63,905 bases of DNA, filler included, from Dimorphilus gyrociliatus (GCA_904063045.1; 6 parts of 6 records of this genome joined end to end with filler, not necessarily neighbours in it), one strand, 5' to 3'. Counted from the whole stretch's first letter, positions 49,030 through 61,077 are shown. The notes: generated by a model from the sequence alone, not told the origin. Numbers and translations: made by a program.

Positions 49030-49260
49030 TTGAAGAAAAGGAATATTTGCCTTGTTTATAAATAGTTTTTCAAGGTTTCCCAAATTTTCTAAACATTTTT
49101 CCTAAATAATTTTTATAAAACAATTCCACATTTTTTAAATTTCTAATTTATGTAATAATTTAAAGTCAACTTTTCTCAACACGGCAACTTTTGTTGATGA
49201 AATATTCAAATATCTTAAATTTTACAATTGAAGTAAGAGGATAGAAATGATAGAATATCC
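49030..49260 (-). pseudogene. LRR remnant
   Basis: Fragments NLRYLNISSTKVAVLRKVDFKLLHKLEIL and CLENLGNLEKLFINKANI in shifting frames. Confidence 0.45.
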
Positions 49261-50286
49261 ATTAAATTTTTCCTAGTGTTATCAGATAAAATTTCAATAT
49301 ATTTTGAAGATGGAAATGAAAAAGTCATACTTGACAGGAAAAAGATTGTTGATCGATATCTTTCTAAGAGAGAGAGATAAATAATTGAGGATAGGACAAA
49401 AATTTCCCAACTTTAGGGTCTTAGGGTGATAATCCAAAGTTGGGAAATTGTCTACTATCTTCAATTATGATTGGAGTTTATTGATTTATATTGCTAATAT
49501 CTAACATATTTTTATATAGATAGGATCCATGATATTAAAATTACACCTTCATGCAATACACAACGTCTTTTTATTGTAAAAGTTGGAGATGTTATTGTTT
49601 ATAAAGTGTTTATAAATCCTCCTCCACACTATGAATGGAAAAAGGTAAATTATTTTTGTCATTTCTAAACAACATTTTCGACATTTTACAGAAAAATTTC
49701 CAATATTTTTGAATCAAATGAAAATCATTCAAGAGTTCAAAAAAGCTGGGAAGGTAGAAATTATCAGTTTAATTGTACCCCTTAAAATACAGTTAATGCC
49801 TTAACTACTAAGAAATATAGAAAAGGTTAATTGAAGAAAATCTTCTCAGTTTTCACCACAATCTCAATATTGTTTTTTTTAATTATTGAAGTGTTTATTA
49901 AACATAAACCTTCCAAAGAATGTAAACATAGAAGTAGTGACATAATAATTTTTGGGCAATATAATAATGGAACTTGAAGCTCTCTATTTGTTTAGGTACC
50001 TTTTAAAGATAATACAGAGTGAGACAGAAGACAATTTTTCTTGTTCTTTACAAGATTGTGATTTGTTGTAGCATTTTAAGCATAATCCACTTCCTCTTTT
50101 ATCAACAATTAACAATTCACTAAAAAATCCAATTATCACGTGATCATAAATATATTTTGTTTTTTTCTATAGACTTGGGAAAATATTGAGGATTCAAGAG
50201 TGATTTGACAGTTTAAACACTTTTTACATATCAATAGAAATATTGGTTATATGGCTTTATTGTCAGTATATTAAAGTTATTTTTAA

Positions 50287-50876
50287 CTACACAACTGAAG
50301 CTATGGTTCTCTTGCCTCTAAATAGGCTTACTAATGATGATTTTAATAATGAATTGCCAAAAATTGATGCAATAGGATCAAAAATTGTATGCAGAACCAT
50401 TAGCGATTTAAAATATACTGTAAATTTAATAATATCTTCTTCTGTAGGAGAAAGAAAGGAAAAGCCAAAAAAACTGATAAGATTAACCATAGAAAAACAA
50501 TAAGTATTAATTGCAATAAAGTTGCTTTTGATGACCTTGAGATACTTGTTGCCCGTTTAGTTTGAGTTTCAATATCATTGGTATGTTTTACAGCAATAGC
50601 TAGAATGTTTATGTGCAAGATTATTGCTCCAGTTAGATTTAATAGAAAAAAGGCAAGGTAAATAAAACAGTAGTCATACTTAAATCTAAAACGACCTTGA
50701 CATGAAATAATATCTGGTTTTCCAGATCATTTAATATATAATGGAAAAAGACATTGAAAAATTGATATTATAATTATAAAAAAGATAATTACTATTGATC
50801 TAGAAGTTGTTAGATACATTTGAAATTTAAAGGAAATCTAATCAAAATATATCTGAATATAAAACAAGAAAAAAGA
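50287..50876 (-). pseudogene. Class A GPCR fragment (TM3-TM7), frameshifted; paralogue of 26310-27245
   Basis: FRYILIRFPLNF vs YRYIMIKYPLHF; CQG..FIYLAFFL..GAIILHI vs CQG..FIYLGFFL..GALILHI; SRSSKATLLQL vs SKSSKATLIQL. Confidence 0.85.
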
Positions 50877-50976
50877 NNNNNNNNNNNNNNNNNNNNNNNN
50901 NNNNNNNNNNNNNNNNNNNNTTAATTAATTAANNNNNNNNNNNNNNNNNNNNNNNNNNNNNNNNNNNNNNNNNNNN
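50877..50976. other. Artificial contig linker
   Basis: Same 100-bp structure. Confidence 0.98.
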
Positions 50977-52180
50977 CTTTTATTATTTTTTATCTTATTT
51001 TCTTCTACTGATGAACTATTGTATGAATTATTATTGTTATTATCAGAAGTGCTTGATAGAATGCAAGTATTTATATTGTTTTTTCTTTTATTTTCTTCTA
51101 CTGATGAATTATTGTATAAACTATTATTTATATTTTCTTCTACTGATGAATTATTATTATTATTAGATTCAATACTTCTATTACTTTTTATTTTATTTTC
51201 TTCTATTGATGAATGATTAGAAGTACTACTTTTTAAATAATTTGTTTTTTTATTAATAGATTCTGGTGTTTCTATTATTAAATTTTTAGATTCACTAGAA
51301 TTTTTATTAAAATTTGTAATAAAATTTTCTGCTGGTTTTAAATGTAATATTTCGTTATTTCTTGTAATTTCTAAACTATTCTTAGAAATTATTACGCAGA
51401 AGATGAATTATTATTAGAATTTTCAATTGATTCAATAATAGTTGTTGATTTTTTTTCTTTTAAACTAATATTATTACTTTCCTTGTTTATCTCGCCTTTA
51501 TTAGATTCAATTATACCTGATGAACTTTTTTCTATTAAGTTAGTAGTTTTTTTTGATTCTTCTTTATTATTGTTAATAGGTTTTACAATTGATGTTCTTT
51601 TATTTAACAATTCTACCTCTTCATTTGTTAAATTATAAAATTCAGATGTAAGTTTCTGTGTTTTTGTAATTATTTCTATAAAATTTGCATAAATACAAAG
51701 ATTTTTTATATTTTTATATTGTATTTCTATTATATCCTTTCCTATGAAAAATTTAAAATTATCTTTATTTATAAAGAAAAATATTTGTTTGTTTTTTATA
51801 TCTAAAATTGCTTTATTAGGTAATACTAATTTTTTAACAGGTTTTCCAATAACTTTATTATTAACATCATAAATTGAAATTAAAAATTTTTTAACATCGA
51901 TTGGAAATGTTCTATTTTTTATTTTTAAAAAATTGTTAGTAAAGCTACTAAATAATTTGTTTTTCTTGATAATATCTGGTGATAATGTTTTATATATTAA
52001 TAATAAATATTTCTGCTGATCTACTACATCATTTATTTCTATTAGCTTCTGGTGTAGATTTTTTGTTTTGATAAAACTAATTAAAGCAAGTTTCTGTTCT
52101 TTGTTCTTAATTCTTTCTAATAATCTATTTGTACTTCCAAACATTGGAATAGATTCATAAAGTGTTATTAAATCATTCAT
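50977..52180 (-). CDS. Unknown protein: globular N-terminus then Asn/Ser/Lys-rich tail with NNSSVEEN repeats; frameshifted, runs off the contig edge
   Basis: ORF 51392-52180 plus minus-strand open stretches to 50977; ttttcttctactgatgaa repeated four times. Confidence 0.6.
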
Positions 52181-52280
52181 GCATGAATAAATATTTTTTT
52201 TCTTAAATACTATTCATTCATGCATTGCAATATTTATTACTTAAAAAATAAATTTAAAGACTTTATTTAAACATATCTGT

Positions 52281-53782
52281 TTATGTAAATTGTATAACAA
52301 ATAATTTCAAAAAAGGTTTTTTTTTNTTTTTCTGTTGGCTTAGGCAGTGCTTTAAACTTCTGTGTTGAAAATCCAGATCAAAAAATGTCAGTCCATACAT
52401 ATTTCTCTTTATAAGAAAATTATTCTCTAAATGATGCCCATAATGCATCTTTTTATGTAAATCTTTACGATATTTAATGGTTTGTTCCTCATTGAGCTCT
52501 GGTACTAGATCGCAATCATTTTTTTGACTTGAAGTCCCTGGTTTGTTTTTTCGCAACTTGTTTCGAATCGATGAAGCGACAACTTTAGAGCTTCTTGGAC
52601 CAGTAGTAGAGCCATAGCCTACAGCTGCATGATTTTCTATACTATGAGGCCTTTTAGAATTATTTGTTTGGAGATCATCTCTTCTTAGTTCAATATTATC
52701 AATATCTAGAGCATTATTGGGATCCTGAACTTGTATTTCGCTTTTCAAAAAATCTCGTAAGCTTGCTATATCTTCTTCAGTCAAGGGATTTATATTGATA
52801 TTAGGATGAAGAGGTCCGATGTTCTGTGCTAATGGATTAAAAGTATCTGAAGTTGATGATGTAGCAATTGGTAAAGACGTATGATGAGATGTAGATGGTT
52901 GGCGGATATTTCGATTTGATGGAAAACTAGAAGTATCAAGAAGTGGCTGGCTGTAATTATATTGTTGGTCGGTTGATATAGTTAAATGAGGATAGCTGCC
53001 ACTATAGCTGGTTATAGAGCCAGATTGGCTATTATTTAAAAATGAATTACCATTATCTAGCGGCTGCTGGTCATTTGAAAGATCGTGAGACGATGATAAA
53101 GGAGTGTTTGTATGGTTTGTTAAAGGTACCGAAGTATCATCTTGGGTATAATAGTATGTTTGATTAGGATTTTGAGTTGTATCATTAACTACATTTGCTG
53201 AAGGTATTGAAGTAGTAGCTTGGGGATAATAGTGTCCTTGGCTTGAATCCTGAGTAGTATAATTTGTATATAACAGAGTTGTATTATCAACTAAACTGTG
53301 TGAATGAGATGTTGTGGATGGCTGCGGAATATTAGGCAGCGAAACCGGTATTTGCTGGTGTAAATAGTGCTGTGCTGTATTATTTGAAGATGATGGAAAA
53401 AGAGAACTATAAGCTTGATCATAAGTTTCTGTTAATGCCGGTGGAACGTTTAAGAACGTATTGTTATAATCAGAGGTGTTTGGAGTGGGTGCTAATGAAC
53501 TATATGGTGTAGTAGTGTAATGTTGAGTTGTTTGTTTGTAGTAGCACAACTATTTTCTAACGTGTTAATGATATCTTTGATCTCTTGATTCTCTGCTTCA
53601 TTGTAGGATTGTGGTGGCTGATCAAGAAGGATATCTAATAAATTAGATGCTTCGTGTTGCACATTTGAAGTCTGAGATAGGTCGTAGTTCGAATTTGATT
53701 CTACTAGTTTCTGCTGGTAATTTTTCTTGCTGAAATAGTTATTAGTACTGAAAATACTCGTAATAAAAAGCAAAAATATCAT
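52281..53782 (-). CDS. Secreted S/T/Q/N-rich protein, about 500 aa, split by one frameshift near 53535
   Basis: Signal-like MIFLLFITSIFS; the two ORFs overlap and join if one A is added; basic C-terminal region RNKLRKNKP. Confidence 0.65.
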
Positions 53783-54475
53783 AAGGTAGCGAACGATGAG
53801 AACTTAAATAGTTTTTTAATTATCCAAATATAGAAATGTCAATTATGAAGTTTTTGCTAAAACTACAGTTACATTCACTTTTAAGCCATTTTTCTAGAAA
53901 ATATTCAATTTTAGAACACGGTAATCTAGGAACGTCAAACAACTCAATTTTAATTCATTAAAAAAAATTAAAATTTTTCTTTGACAAAAAGTTTTTTTTT
54001 ATTGAAAACTTAAATAAATAAGAGTAAGCTCTATTTAGAAATAAATATTTTGACATGCCAATCATTTACTTTACCGACTCATTTTTATTAATAAAAATTT
54101 TTTTAAGATTTTGACGTATGTTTTAAAAAGTATTACATTCTTTTTTAGTATAGTTTTTAAAAAGCTTCTGATAAACAATTAATAGAAAAGTCTTTAAAAT
54201 AATCACTTTCTACTATATGAATAGGCATTCTTTTAGCTTCCCTATAAATTTATCTCAAAAATTTTTTTATTAATTTTGAATCCTTTTTTGTTAAATTTTA
54301 ATGAATAAACGACCCTATTAAATTCCCCATGGAATAAATTTTATTAAATTAATATAAAGTTTTTTAATAAATAATTCATTTTTTAAGTAATATTTAAAGG
54401 ATATCTTAATTCAGATAAGCTATATCAGCACAATGTTTCATTATCAAAACATTGATAGTTTTAATATAGTTAATA

Positions 54476-57400
54476 CTAGTAAGCTTAGCACCCGTTTTAA
54501 AAACAGGGGGTTGATTAATAAACCATTGAAGATAAAGAATTGTTTTCTACTTTATAATAGCTCTTTGTAAACAACATTATCAATGTATACTTTCCCCTTT
54601 TCGATGGTTTGTGCCTCCTTTTCAATAAATATTTTTAAATTATTGTTATCTTTTACTCTAAAAAGAGCTACATATAGTTGGCCATGTGCAAAGACAGGCT
54701 GTGGTAAATAAAGACCAACTTTATCAAATGACTGTCCTTGTGCTTTATGGATAGTCATTGCAAATGCTGGTATTATTGGGAACTGTCTCCTTTTCAATAT
54801 GAAAGGCAGCTGTGTTTCGCTGGGTGCTATATCAATCTTCGGTATAACACAAACACAGCCTTTATTATTACCTTTAAGTATTTCACATTTAATTATATGG
54901 TCATGCATTTCCTGTACAACCATTCTAGTTCCATTTAAAAGCCCATTTTTTGGATCTATATTTCTTATTAACATTACGATAGATCCTACTTTAAGTCTCA
55001 ATTCATAAAGTTGAGCTGTTGTTTGTTTAGAAATTCAGTGGTATAATTATTTTTTGAGTCTTGATCATCTGAAACCACAGAATCAGAGCTTAAATAAACT
55101 CTTTCATCTCCACTAATTAAATTGATTATATCATCGTTTATTTTATTTGAGAACTCGTTTTTTGTTGTCAAGATTACTCTGTTGGCTATATCATTGTTGT
55201 TATCTATTTTAGTACCAAATATTTGTTTTATTAAATTTTTGTTTTCGATATATTTTTTGGTATCTCTATTAAGTTTGTTTTTCCATTTCCAACTTTCATT
55301 AACCACTTATTAAATTTTATTTGTTTGATGGCTCTCATGTTTTCTTTTAATTTAATGATACAAACATATTTCCATAGAGGAGAGCTTTTTATTGAGTTCT
55401 CAATTATATCATTTTTGTTACCATTCACAACAATATTGGCAGTCTGTCTGAAGTCACCACCGAGTAATATAAATTTATTGCCAAACAGCTTATTATTTTT
55501 ACAAATCCTTTTCAATAAATCATCAATGGCATGTAAAGCATGTTTTGACATCATGCTAACCTCATCTATGATAATAAGTGATGCTTCTTTTAAAATTTTT
55601 GCATGCTTTGAATTAATATCCATTGATGATCTACTGTTTTCATATAATGGTATGGGCAGTTTGAATCTGGAATGGAGTGTTCTGCCATTTTCGAATATAT
55701 CTGCGGCTATTCCTGTTGTTGCAGATATTATCACTGATTTATCATTGCTTTCTAAATAATTAATCAGTTTTTCATATAGGAAGGACTTGCCAGAGCCGCC
55801 TGGTCCGTCAAGGAACATAAAACGCTTAGCATCATCTGTTTCAAGTCTTTTGATGATTTTATCAAAAGCACTGCTCTGTTCCCCATTAAATAAACTATAA
55901 TTTGATAAGTAATTTTCTATTTTTTGATCTTTGTTTATTATTTTTGGCGACTCAAGTTTTGTGGGAGATGGTAAGTTAAAAGTATCACAATTAAAACTGT
56001 GTAGTTTAAATATATTTTCAATTTCAATTAATGCTTGATTTTCAGCATCGTCTTGAAAGTCCTCTGTCATGTCTTCTATGAAATCATAGAAGAGTTTTTT
56101 TGTATTATGAGGTCTGTTGAATACACAGATATAAGCAAATACTTGTCTTATTTGCCGAGGCTTTAATGTCATACATGCCTCTTCCATGCACCTATACCAC
56201 TCACTATCAGTAGATAGTAATCCCAATGCCTCCGCTGCTTCCTCGAATGATTTATATTTAATTTTATTTATTGTTAATAAGTCATTGAATGACTTGGCAC
56301 CTTTTATGTGTAATAATAGCATTCTTAGATAGAATCTTTCTCTATCATTAGGTGTGACTGTATACATTCGAGGAATTATATTTGTTAAATTCCTCTGTCT
56401 TTTCTTCCAGAGGCCCTTTTCGAATGTATAGTACAGTGGAATTTCGGTGTATAAATATTTATTGGCATCTTTATCTACTCTATTTAACTCAAACCATGCC
56501 ATTAATTTAGATGATATTTTAGTTTTATTTTTAATTTCCTCCTTTGTAAAGTCCTCATTAAAAATTATATTCTGTTGTTCAGGAAGATGAACAGGTAATC
56601 TTATTATAGCATGGGACTTATCATGCATTTTATATTCAAGAAGCCTCCACATTGCTTCTGGTGCACTCATATATCTGGTACTGAGATACTGCTCAATCTC
56701 ATTACCATTAAATAACTTTATATTTGCACAGTCATAACCTTTATAAACGTATTTAAATATATACTTTACTGATTTTATACTTGAGCAGATTTCAACATTT
56801 ATATGACAATTGTATTTCAGTAATAAGTACTTGTTGTATGGAACAACATTTCTATTGTCGACTGTGTATTTTTTATATTTATATACATGGCCCTTTCTTC
56901 TCATGTAAATTGGATAACAATTGTCTCCAACTTTAGTATCCTCACAATATTGCTTGGGATACTCCTTAGTACATTCACCATTTTCCATGCATGGTGAGTT
57001 TGAGTTTGTCTCCCCACAGGGACCATGTATCATATGTTTGAGCACCTTAGATTGTAAAATTTTATCATCATCTGGTATCTCTGCAGATACCACCTCATTT
57101 ATTCGCTCAACTGTTTCTATTTTATTTTTTTTATCCAGAATAATTAGTATGTGAGCATGTGGAAGGCCTCTTTTCTGGAACTCAATGGTATATATAAAAG
57201 CCTCTATCTTACCAAATATTTTATTTTTAATTAAGTCTTTTTTAAGCTCGTATAGTTTTAGTTTAAATACTCGAGCTACTAAATCTGGCCTGTCAGATGC
57301 TGTTTGGCCATCAAAGAGGGTTTCTTTTATTTCCTTCCAGTTGGGATTACATGTCATTGTTATGAAAAGATCTGGCCTTCCATACTTCCCAACTATTGCC

Positions 57401-58377
57401 ATCGCATCATTATATCTCTCTCTCATATTACGCGGAGAGCCTTGGAAGGTTGATGGTAATATAATTGGTTTCCCTATATCCTCTGTATCATTATTTAGAC
57501 TATCCATTAATCCTCTATATTTTTCAACTCTTAATTTATTTTGATTGAGTCTTATATAGTTTAAATTATTGGCTTCTACTTGTAGATAAGAGTCTATGAT
57601 CCATTGCTGGAATAGTCTTGAGCCATATAATAGAGGATTAAATTCATTTAGTCTGACTGCAGTCTGTGATACTTTGTGCTGCAGCATCGATATCTTTTTA
57701 CCACCATTTGTTAGGTTTGTACACCATCCCTTTTCACCATATGGATAAAATAATGAGTATACCATTGGATCGAGATTATCACTTAGTATATCTATTTTTT
57801 CACTAAATATATTTTCTTTTGGATACACTTTTATATCTCGATCCATTGGTGGTTCTCCATTAGAGTCATTAAATACCATTGCTACTTCGTCTGCTTTTTT
57901 AGTACTAAATCTCTTCTTTAGCAGTCCTTTCCGTTTGCTATCATCTATCAGTTCCATATTGAGATGGCCTGTAGATGTTTCCTTTTCGATTTGAGAGATA
58001 TTTTTATAACTTTTAGCAAATGGATTTGACTCTCTCATTAAATTATCCAGGTTTCGTAAGATGTTTTTTTGACAGCCTACGTTTGCTTTGTTATTTAATC
58101 TTATATCAGTTGCCATTTCATTATCGACAACATATAACTGTGCATATTTCTTTTGACTGTCTCCATTATTATATAAGGGATGGTAACTGTGGTGGTAAGT
58201 TTGGCCATGTATCTTCAGACAGTATGGACCACTACTATGCTTATTAGTCTTAGCACCAAATGAAGCAAAAGATATGGCACTGTTATAAGATCTAATATAT
58301 TTTTTAAAGTTTTTGTGGTCTTTATTTTTTTTATTTGTTAACAGATCTTTTAGATATACAGGATAATCTGCTCTACT
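54476..58377 (-). mobile_element. Helitron, 5'-truncated by the contig edge, with intact 3' terminus
   Basis: On the minus strand, a hairpin (54490-54511) followed about 10 nt later by CTAG (54479-54476) and then T; RepHel ORF upstream. Confidence 0.93.
54552..58377 (-). pseudogene. Helitron RepHel (HUH Rep + PIF1-like helicase), two frameshifts
   Basis: Frame open from 58377 (NSAISFASFGA..GPY..IHGQTYH..YAQLY); PDLFITMTCNP; EFQKRGLPHAHIL; KYVYKG; GPGGSGKS; IIDEVSM; GGDFRQ; AMTIHKAQGQS; GQLYVAL. Breaks near 55255 and 55005. Confidence 0.96.
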
Positions 58378-58477
58378 NNNNNNNNNNNNNNNNNNNNNNN
58401 NNNNNNNNNNNNNNNNNNNNNTTAATTAATTAANNNNNNNNNNNNNNNNNNNNNNNNNNNNNNNNNNNNNNNNNNNN
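58378..58477. other. Artificial contig linker
   Basis: Same 100-bp structure. Confidence 0.98.
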
Positions 58478-58933
58478 TGAATAGAGATAAGATTACAATT
58501 GAAATATTCTTCAATGTTAATTAGGTCAAATTTCAAATGGATATCATAACTACAAGAGTATTGTATAATAGTCAAGTGCAAACATATCCAAAATATCTCT
58601 TCCATCTTTTCTACCATCTACTTTCAAGATTACAACACTCAAAGTGATTTCCAAAGTTCAAGAAAATGACATCATAGGAGCTGGTAGGCCTATATATTAT
58701 TCTTATCACATGTACAATTTCGTCCAATGACAAGAGCAATTGAGTCTATTTTCATTTAGTTTAGTAATTATGACTGTTAGATTGTAGATGAATCATTACA
58801 CTATCAAAAATTGATGATTATATAAGAAAGAACAAGTTTTAAAAATGTCATTGCCAAGTGAAAATAAATAAATATTTGCTATGCTTACACTACTCAATCC
58901 AGTATTCTCATTATTTCAATGTCCTTTAAATAG

Positions 58934-59400
58934 CCTATCAATGGAGCATTTCCCGATCCAGATTACTGCGGAATCTATTATCATTGTATTAACGGTGCAC
59001 CTTACCCTCAGCAGTGTCCATCTGGACTGTTTTTTACAATCTCTTTAACAAATTGCCACTATGCAACTTGCGTTGCAGCTGATCAAGCTGAATGTCCAGC
59101 TGGAAATTTCTCACTCGCCTCTACTAGACATCAATGTATTGTTGAATGTTCAAACAAAGATAACAACAACAGCACAATTGATGAGTTGATATTGAAAGAT
59201 ACGTGTCCAGATGGATAATATTTTAGTCCTTCGCTCAATGTTTGAGACTATACAACAGAGTTGTGTCTGTTACACTAGACGAATCAGAATGTCCAGTGGC
59301 TGGAGGATGGTCCGAATGGTCAGCTTGGTCGGTCTGTGTACATTGATGTGTCAGTTGGCATCAATTCCAGAAGTCAATCGATTGTTGATGTTATGGCGGA
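58934..59400 (+). pseudogene. Chitin-binding type-2 (CBM14) domains + thrombospondin type-1 repeat, with premature stops
   Basis: GAFPDPDYCGIYYHCINGAPYPQQCPSGLFF..NCHY; CPDG*YFSPSLNV*DY; CPVAGGWSEWSAWSVC; cut off by the MULE terminus at 59410. Confidence 0.8.
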
Positions 59401-59650
59401 TGATGAAAAGGGGTACAGAAGAAAATGTCCACTGGAGAAAACGTCTACTGCTTGGAGAAAACGTCCACTATAGAACTTCAAAGTAAGATATAAGATATTT
59501 GATAGATGGAGTTTTTAGAGCAATTTGACAGGAAAAAATGAATAATAAAAATTACAAATATTTAAATATTAATATATTGATTAAGTAAAAAAAAGCATTA
59601 TAACAAGAATGATTGACAACATTGTAACAACATTCAAGAATAAAGGTATT

Positions 59651-61077
59651 TTAAACTGGTGAATAAATGTCAGAAGCTTTATCAAGTAAGTCCAGGGAGG
59701 TAATTGAGGCAATTTCAAATTGTTCCCATAAGTTGAATATTTTGCTTTGAATATTCTGATATGCTTTTCTTTGCTGTCTACAAATTTTCTTTTCACTCAG
59801 TAATTTTTTATATAGTTTTATCAGATCAGCTTCTCTTTTCAGTTCATCTAAAAGTGAATAGAATGCAGTGTTAGAGCAAAGATTCTTGTTAAGCCTGTGA
59901 TGCCATCCTTCAAGCTCATTATTTGTCCTTATAGCCTCGCCATATACAGACCATACCTCTGGTTTATAAAATTCATTTATCCATTGTGTCTCAACATACT
60001 CCAATAGAGACTTCATTTCAATAGGACTTATTTCTTTAATTGTCTTAAATGTTGGTTCTATCAGATCAGAGGGCAGGAATGGTAATGCCATTAATTTCTT
60101 CATGATTCTATATTCAGCTTTTTTCTCCTTGTACATCTTACATAATCCTAATTCCTGGAAATAAATATGTCAGTTCTATCTAGAGCTCAAATGCTAAATT
60201 AAAGTAATACTTGAATCTTTCTGTATATTGCCTGTGTCCAGTGAAAAACGGATGCGACAGAAAAGTCCATAAATTGGTGCTTTTACCCTAACCCTAACCC
60301 AGCCCTTAGCTGTACCTAACCTTTTCCATTACCCCTAACCCTTAGAGGAGACCCTCCTAACTACAAATCAGCTGCTCTCTTCTTCTTCCTAACCATTTCT
60401 TAATCCAAAATTTAGTCTTGAAATTTCTCATTTATGGTTGTTTTCTGTTGACCCCATGAAAAACACACCCTTTAATGTTTGATTCAGGATAAGTGAATGA
60501 TAGTGCTTTCCAAATAGCTTTTTCAAAGTCTACAACTTTTTTGGGGCTATGCCCATTTGTTAAATCTTGTATTGCCTGTTAATTTAACAAATTAGATTAT
60601 TCAATTTAAAATGCAAAATTATTGTACCTTAAATAATTTCTTGTAGGCTGTCTTTCTCTTAGATCCCATAAAAGCAAAAGCCATTGGAATTTGTTTTATT
60701 TCTCCATTTTTTTTTATAAATCCATGAATAGAAAAAAGTTGATAAAAAGGGTCTTTCACACATTTAAATGTGCCATCCATAAACCATATTTTGCCTTTAG
60801 ATAATAATTCAATTTGCTTTGTAGTTGAAAATATTAGTATTCTATCATTCTCCATTTGTATATCCATTTGTAAAAAATCATCAGGAATAAAAGTTTTAGC
60901 CAAGTTGAAGTGAATACTTTGAGGTTCAGCTGGTCTAAACTTCTTTCTTGTCCAGTTTGCCAGTCTTGTACAATTATCTAGAGATGGAATAACTTCACTA
61001 GAACTACAATGTTTCACCAGAACATCTTCAGCTAAACATTTTCCTGAACTACTGATATCTTTATTACAAGCTTTGTC
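59651..61077 (-). pseudogene. MULE DDE transposase with two tiny introns, disrupted by a MITE
   Basis: WFMDGTFK, VVDFEKAIWKA, GCVFHWTQA, RTNNELEGWH; introns 60576-60627 (52 bp) and 60155-60210 (56 bp). Confidence 0.93.
60250..60455 (+). mobile_element. MULE-type MITE (206 bp) inside the MULE transposase
   Basis: ggatgcgacagaaaa...gttttctgttgacccc; TSD gtgaaaaac / atgaaaaac (8/9). Confidence 0.94.

Larger units (their letters stand above)
59410..61077 (-). mobile_element. MULE/Mutator transposon remnant with one surviving terminus
   Basis: Terminus ggggtacagaagaaaatgtccac with subterminal gagaaaacgtc(c/t)ac repeats (59410-59468); transposase inside; other end lost under the dispersed repeat. 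Confidence 0.8.

Noticed and set aside
55325-57544. Plus-strand ORFs 55325-55759, 56921-57154, 57185-57544 (also 54738 and 54799)
   Set aside because: Antisense shadows of the Helitron RepHel
59245-59400. TGA recoded as Cys (TGA at expected Cys sites here and near 43275)
   Set aside because: One substitution from TGT/TGC, TAA stops occur in the same relics, and intact genes here end in TGA (e.g. 31779)
14443-60455. TTAGGG/AACCCT runs as true telomeres or as CRISPR repeats
   Set aside because: Only 2-4 units, internal, and always inside TIR/TSD-bounded MITEs; no regular repeat-spacer array and no cas genes
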